Below the pieces are notes generated by a model, which was not told the origin of the DNA, searched no databases, and saw only the letters and a list, made by a program, of their open reading frames with translations. The translations under genes were made by a program, and so were the position numbers. Positions 59,406 to 64,000 of a DNA stretch of 64,000 nt are shown piece by piece. Where the stretch lies: contig JBAMMA010000006.1 in assembly GCA_039794005.1 (NCBI GenBank), forward strand, positions 32,001 to 96,000, read 5' to 3'. This stretch comes from Thermoplasmata archaeon. Lineage in GTDB: Archaea > Thermoplasmatota > Thermoplasmata > Thermoplasmatales > ARK-15. Every line of letters begins with the position of its first letter. Positions within the stretch are counted from its first letter, which is position 1.

Positions 59406-62072
59406 TCATTTATTTAAATTCTTTTTATACTTTATTGCAGCCTGTGCTGCAGCCAACCTTGCAATAGGTATTCTATATGGGGATGCTGAAACATAATTCA
59501 ATCCTATGATATGTGAAAATTCGACTGCCGATGGTTCTCCACCATGTTCTCCGCATATTCCTACCTCTAGATTTGGATTTGTGCTTCTCCCCTTTTCCAC
59601 ACCTATCTTCATCAATTCACCAACACCATCTCTATCAAGTATTTCAAATGGATTGTTTTTGAGTATGTTCATTTCGAGATATCTGTTCATGAATGTTGCT
59701 TCAACATCATCCCTGCTGAAACCAAACGTCATCTGTGTTAAATCGTTAGTTCCAAAGGAGAAGAAATCGGCATATTTTGCTATTTTATCTGCGGTCAATG
59801 CACCTCTAGGTACTTCTATCATTGTGCCAAATTTATATTTAACCTGTCCCTTGGATTCTTCCTCTGCTATGGGTATGAGCTTTTCCCTCAAAATCTTTAA
59901 TTCATTGTCTATTCCTACCAATGGTATCATAATCTCCGGGATAACATTCTTACCCTCACTTTTTACCTTGAGAGCAGCCCTTATTATGGCTCTTACCTGC
60001 ATTTCATATATCTCCGGATATATTATGCCCACCCTGCAACCCCTGAAACCTATCATGGGGTTAAATTCCCTTAAACTTCTTACTGTCTTCAATATATTCT
60101 CCTTTTCATTTATCTTAGATATTAATTGATCCATTTCCTTTATATCCTTTGATTCTTTGAGCTTAAATTTGAGTTCATAAAGTTCGTTCATAAGCTCTTC
60201 TTCTTTAGGTAAAAATTCGTGTAATGGAGGATCTAAAAGCCTTATTATGACAGGATATCCGTCCATTATCCTGAAGAATTCCACAAAATCATTGATTTGC
60301 ATGTTCAATAGTTTGTTTAGATTCTCAATTCTCTCCTCCTTTGTCTTTGACATAATCATTGCAACCATTATTGGCAACCTATCCTCCCCGAGAAACATCC
60401 TCTCAGTTCTTGCAAGGCCGATGCCTTCTGCACCCATTTCCCTTGCCAATGCTGCCTCTTCCGAGGTATTTGCATTCGCCCTAACACCAAGAACCCTAAC
60501 TTTGTCACAATGATTGAGCAATTCCTTCAATTCTGATGTGAGCTCTGGCCTTACAAGGGGGACCTCTCCGAGATACACTTTTCCGGATGTTCCATCCACA
60601 GTTATTATTTCAAATTCCTTTACAACATAACCGTTGGATTCGAATTTTCTTAATTTCATGTCTATTTTAATATCCTCAGCCCCAACAACAGCAGGCTTTC
60701 CCATAGATCTTGCTACAACAGCAGCATGACTTGTCATGCCTCCCCTTGATGTTAAAACAGCCTGTGAAACTGCAATACCATGAACATCATCTGCCATTGT
60801 CTCAGGCCTTACCAGGATTACCTTTTCACCTTTTCTTGCCATTTCAACAGCAGTATCTGGGTCAAACACAACCTTTCCAATTCCTGCACCTGGAGATGCC
60901 GCCAAACCTTTGCCTATCTCTATTTTCTTTGCCTTTTCATCCACTTGAGGATGTAATAGATGATCCAACTGGGAAGGATCAACCCTCATGATCATCTCTT
61001 CATCAGATATTATTCCCTCCTTGTACATATCAACTGCTACTTTTACTGCTGCCCTTGCGTTCATTTTTGCATTTCTTGTCTGCAATAGATAAAATTTTCC
61101 TCTTTCGATTGTGAACTCTATGTCTTGTGGATGCCTGTAATGCTTTTCCAATATTTCTGCGCTCCTCAACAATTCTTTATACGCTGATGGAATCTCCTTT
61201 TCCATTTCTTTTATTGGTTTTGGAGTCCTTATTCCCGCAACTACATCCTCACCTTGAGCATTTGCCAAATATTCACCATAAATCTCCTTTTCACCTGTGC
61301 TTGGATTCCTTGTAAATGCAACACCTGTTGCAGAATCAAATCCCATGTTTCCAAACACCATCTGAACTATTGTAACGGCTGTACCCAAATCTTCAGGAAT
61401 ATTGTTTAATTTCCTGTATACCTTGGCCCTTTCATTATTCCAAGATTCAAATACTGCTTTTATTGACAATTCCAACTGTTTGTAAGGATCCTGTGGAAAC
61501 TCCATGCCATTCCTTTTTATTATTTCTTTAAATTCCTCCACCAATTCCTTTAAATCGTTTGCATCTAAATCCACATCGTTCTTAACTCCCTTCTTCTTTT
61601 TTTTCTCTTCCAATGCCTCATCAAAATATTTACCATTAATACCCAACACAATCCTTCCAAACATCTGGACTAATCTTCTATATGAATCATATGCAAACCT
61701 TTCATTTTTCGTCAATTTTGAAAGGCCCTGAACGGTCTCGTCATTTAAGCCTACATTTAAAACAGTATCCATCATACCTGGCATTGATACTGGCGCTCCA
61801 GACCTGACAGATACCAACAATGGATTCTCCTTTCCCCCAAACTTTTTGCCTGTTTTTTCCTCCAATTTATGCATTGATTCAACAACATCTTCCCAGAGGC
61901 CTTCTGGAAATTTCCCGGTATTTATGTAAATTTTACAGGCCTCTGTTGTGATAGTAAAACCTGGAGGTACAGGCAATCCTATTTTTGTCATTTCTGCCAA
62001 ACCTGCACCCTTGCCTCCTAGTAAATTTACCATTTCCTTTCCGCCTTCTTCAAAAAAATATATCAGCTTCAT
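59406..62072 (-). CDS. ppdK: Pyruvate, phosphate dikinase
   Basis: LGGKGAGL, SVRSGA, phospho-His GGMTSHAAVVAR, NPMIGFRG, FSFGTNDL and ICGEHGG. Confidence 0.97.
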   Translation of the reverse strand: MKLIYFFEEGGKEMVNLLGGKGAGLAEMTKIGLPVPPGFTITTEACKIYINTGKFPEGLWEDVVESMHKLEEKTGKKFGGKENPLLVSVRSGAPVSMPGMMDTVLNVGLNDETVQGLSKLTKNERFAYDSYRRLVQMFGRIVLGINGKYFDEALEEKKKKKGVKNDVDLDANDLKELVEEFKEIIKRNGMEFPQDPYKQLELSIKAVFESWNNERAKVYRKLNNIPEDLGTAVTIVQMVFGNMGFDSATGVAFTRNPSTGEKEIYGEYLANAQGEDVVAGIRTPKPIKEMEKEIPSAYKELLRSAEILEKHYRHPQDIEFTIERGKFYLLQTRNAKMNARAAVKVAVDMYKEGIISDEEMIMRVDPSQLDHLLHPQVDEKAKKIEIGKGLAASPGAGIGKVVFDPDTAVEMARKGEKVILVRPETMADDVHGIAVSQAVLTSRGGMTSHAAVVARSMGKPAVVGAEDIKIDMKLRKFESNGYVVKEFEIITVDGTSGKVYLGEVPLVRPELTSELKELLNHCDKVRVLGVRANANTSEEAALAREMGAEGIGLARTERMFLGEDRLPIMVAMIMSKTKEERIENLNKLLNMQINDFVEFFRIMDGYPVIIRLLDPPLHEFLPKEEELMNELYELKFKLKESKDIKEMDQLISKINEKENILKTVRSLREFNPMIGFRGCRVGIIYPEIYEMQVRAIIRAALKVKSEGKNVIPEIMIPLVGIDNELKILREKLIPIAEEESKGQVKYKFGTMIEVPRGALTADKIAKYADFFSFGTNDLTQMTFGFSRDDVEATFMNRYLEMNILKNNPFEILDRDGVGELMKIGVEKGRSTNPNLEVGICGEHGGEPSAVEFSHIIGLNYVSASPYRIPIARLAAAQAAIKYKKNLNK

Positions 62073-62246
62073 AATTAATTCACCTTTTAAAGAGGAAATA
62101 TAAACTAAAATATATTTTTTGTTTTTGAAAGTTAAATGTAAAATTTTTTTATCTCTGAATAAAAAATTTTTAAAAAATTGCTTTTTATTTTAAAAAATTT
62201 CTAAATGCTTTTAAAAAAGTTTATATATAATTATTTGATAATATGA

Positions 62247-62753
62247 ATGATGACAAAAATATGTCCTAGGTGCAACACTGAAAATCCAGACAATGCGGTA
62301 TACTGCATAAAATGTGGATATAAATTTGGCGAAGAACAGGATATTCAAAACAAAAATGAAATGATAAATGAACCTGGTAAAACTACAGGAATACCGATAT
62401 ATATTTGGGTTGTTCTTTCGCTTGTATTTTCAATAATTTCATTTATAGCTTTCCTAATATGGACTTTAAATCCACTCTTTGATATTGTTATGTCCGCATC
62501 AAGGGGATTCTTTTTAATAAATTATAATTTAATTTATTTTACAATATTAATAATCTTTTTAATTGGGTCGATAATAGTTTTGAATAATGTCATAAAAATT
62601 TACGAGAATTTTAAGGGGAATAATTTGGATTATATTAGAAAAAGATTGACAATAGAATTTATTGTTATATCTTTCATATTTGGATTGATTATTACTGGAG
62701 TATTTTTGCTTTTATTACAACTTGACCTTGAATCAAACATTAAAAAACAGTAG
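62247..62753 (+). CDS. Zinc-ribbon-containing membrane protein
   Basis: CPRC...CIKC followed by 3 TM helices. Confidence 0.75.
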   Translation: MMTKICPRCNTENPDNAVYCIKCGYKFGEEQDIQNKNEMINEPGKTTGIPIYIWVVLSLVFSIISFIAFLIWTLNPLFDIVMSASRGFFLINYNLIYFTILIIFLIGSIIVLNNVIKIYENFKGNNLDYIRKRLTIEFIVISFIFGLIITGVFLLLLQLDLESNIKKQ

Positions 62754-62807
62754 TCTCAAATTTTTTATATTTTTTGTACATTACATTCATTCTACCGGGG
62801 TGTAACA

Positions 62808-63740
62808 ATGGATAGAATAGTTGTAGCAGTTGGAGGCAATGCTCTCCAATTACCGGGAGATGCGGGTAAATATGAAGAAATGGTTAAAAGGGCGGAGGAA
62901 ACAGCGGAAAGCATATATTTCCTTTTCAATGAATATGATGTAGCATTAACGCATGGTAATGGTCCCCAGGTAGGGGCAATTCTTCTGCAAAATGAACATT
63001 CTAAAGAAATTGTACCTCCAATGCCTTTGGATGTTCTAGGAGCTGAAAGCCAGGGTATGATCGGTTATATATTAACACAAGGCTTTGAGAGGGCTTTTAA
63101 CAAATATAAAATTAATAAAAAAATTGTAACGGTTGTAACAAGGGTGGAAGTGGATGAAAATGACCCCGCGATGAAAAATCCAACAAAACCTATTGGCCCA
63201 TTCTATACAAGGGTTCAGGCTGAGGAATTGATAAGGGAAAAACATTGGAATATGGTGGAGGATTCTGGAAGGGGATGGAGAAGAGTCGTTCCTTCTCCAG
63301 ATCCGAAGAGAATAGTGGAAAAAGATGAAATATTATCTTTAATTGAAAGGGGATATGCTGTTATTTCAGTAGGAGGGGGAGGAATACCTGTTGTAAAAAG
63401 AAATGGTTTCTATTATGGCATTGAAGGTGTAATAGACAAAGACCTAGGAGCTGCAACATTGGCCAAGGATATAAATGCATCAGAACTTTTTATTTTAACA
63501 GCGGTGCCTCAGGTATACATAAATTTTGGAAAACCTGAACAAACACCGATAGAAAAAATAAACGCAGACGAACTGGAAAAATATTATAGGGAAGGCCATT
63601 TCAAGCCCGGAAGCATGGGGCCTAAAGTATTGGCTGCAATAAGATTTGTGAGAAATGGAGGAAAAAGAGCGCTTATTACAAGCCCTGATGCATTGAGAGA
63701 TGCATTGAACGGTAAAAATGGAACCTGGATATATCCATAA
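62808..63740 (+). CDS. arcC: Carbamate kinase
   Basis: AVGGNAL, HGNGPQVG, PTKPIG, RRVVPSP, GVIDKD and GSMGPK. Confidence 0.95.
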   Translation: MDRIVVAVGGNALQLPGDAGKYEEMVKRAEETAESIYFLFNEYDVALTHGNGPQVGAILLQNEHSKEIVPPMPLDVLGAESQGMIGYILTQGFERAFNKYKINKKIVTVVTRVEVDENDPAMKNPTKPIGPFYTRVQAEELIREKHWNMVEDSGRGWRRVVPSPDPKRIVEKDEILSLIERGYAVISVGGGGIPVVKRNGFYYGIEGVIDKDLGAATLAKDINASELFILTAVPQVYINFGKPEQTPIEKINADELEKYYREGHFKPGSMGPKVLAAIRFVRNGGKRALITSPDALRDALNGKNGTWIYP

Positions 63741-63760
63741 ATATAAAAATTATTATATTT

Positions 63761-64000
63761 TTACAAATATTTTTTCAATTCATCGATTTTCCTTTTCAAT
63801 TCATCGAAAGAAATTTTGTTAGTATCAATATTCCTCAGTTCTTCTTTAATGAAAATGTCATTAAGGCTTATTTGCTTTAAACTTCTTTTTACATCAAGAA
63901 CATTTTCCTCTTCAATTTTCTTTAATATTTCTTTTGCCCTATTAACTACACCCTGAGGTAATCCTGCCATTGAAGCTACCTCTATTCCATAACTTTCGCT
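63761..64000 (-). CDS. mutS: DNA mismatch repair protein MutS, C-terminal part (runs off window end)
   Basis: Frame is open to the window edge: SESYGIEVASMAGLPQGVVNRAKEIL, the conserved MutS C-terminal helix-turn-helix. Confidence 0.8.
   Translation of the reverse strand, partial: SESYGIEVASMAGLPQGVVNRAKEILKKIEEENVLDVKRSLKQISLNDIFIKEELRNIDTNKISFDELKRKIDELKKYL

Noticed and set aside
1-64000. CRISPR arrays, rRNA, SRP RNA and intact IS elements
   Set aside because: No regularly spaced repeats, no further GC-rich structured islands and no transposase ORFs were seen by eye. Small C/D-box sRNAs could have been missed.

Overview
Chromosomal window from an AT-rich (roughly 30% GC by eye), thermophilic archaeon, most likely Thermoplasmata (Aciduliprofundum/DHVE2-like). 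The archaeal call rests on TFB, Gar1, GGGP/DGGGP/CDP-archaeol synthases, archaeal RNase P RNA and archaeal GluRS/AlaRS; the class call is inferred from folD, mutS, nuclease-less Hef and sdhABCD. Most of the window is housekeeping: pyrE/pyrD/pyrK, ether-lipid synthesis, sdhABCD, ppdK-eno-rps2, peptidases, tRNA-Val(TAC), tRNA-Thr(TGT) and rnpB. Items of most interest: (1) an intact bacterial-type (queuosine-family) tRNA-guanine transglycosylase with an unusual Val158/Met233 pocket; (2) a three-gene PolB2 'mutasome-like' operon whose inactive-RadA-like subunit ends in a clamp-binding motif; (3) a reverse gyrase resembling Sulfolobales TopR1 that ends directly against the RNase P RNA; (4) an orphan VirD4/HerA-like ATPase with a coiled-coil partner; (5) a decayed integrated element after tRNA-Val, followed by a convergently arranged tungstate/molybdate ABC transporter. 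No CRISPR array, rRNA or intact transposase was seen. All homology calls come from motif recognition, not database searches.
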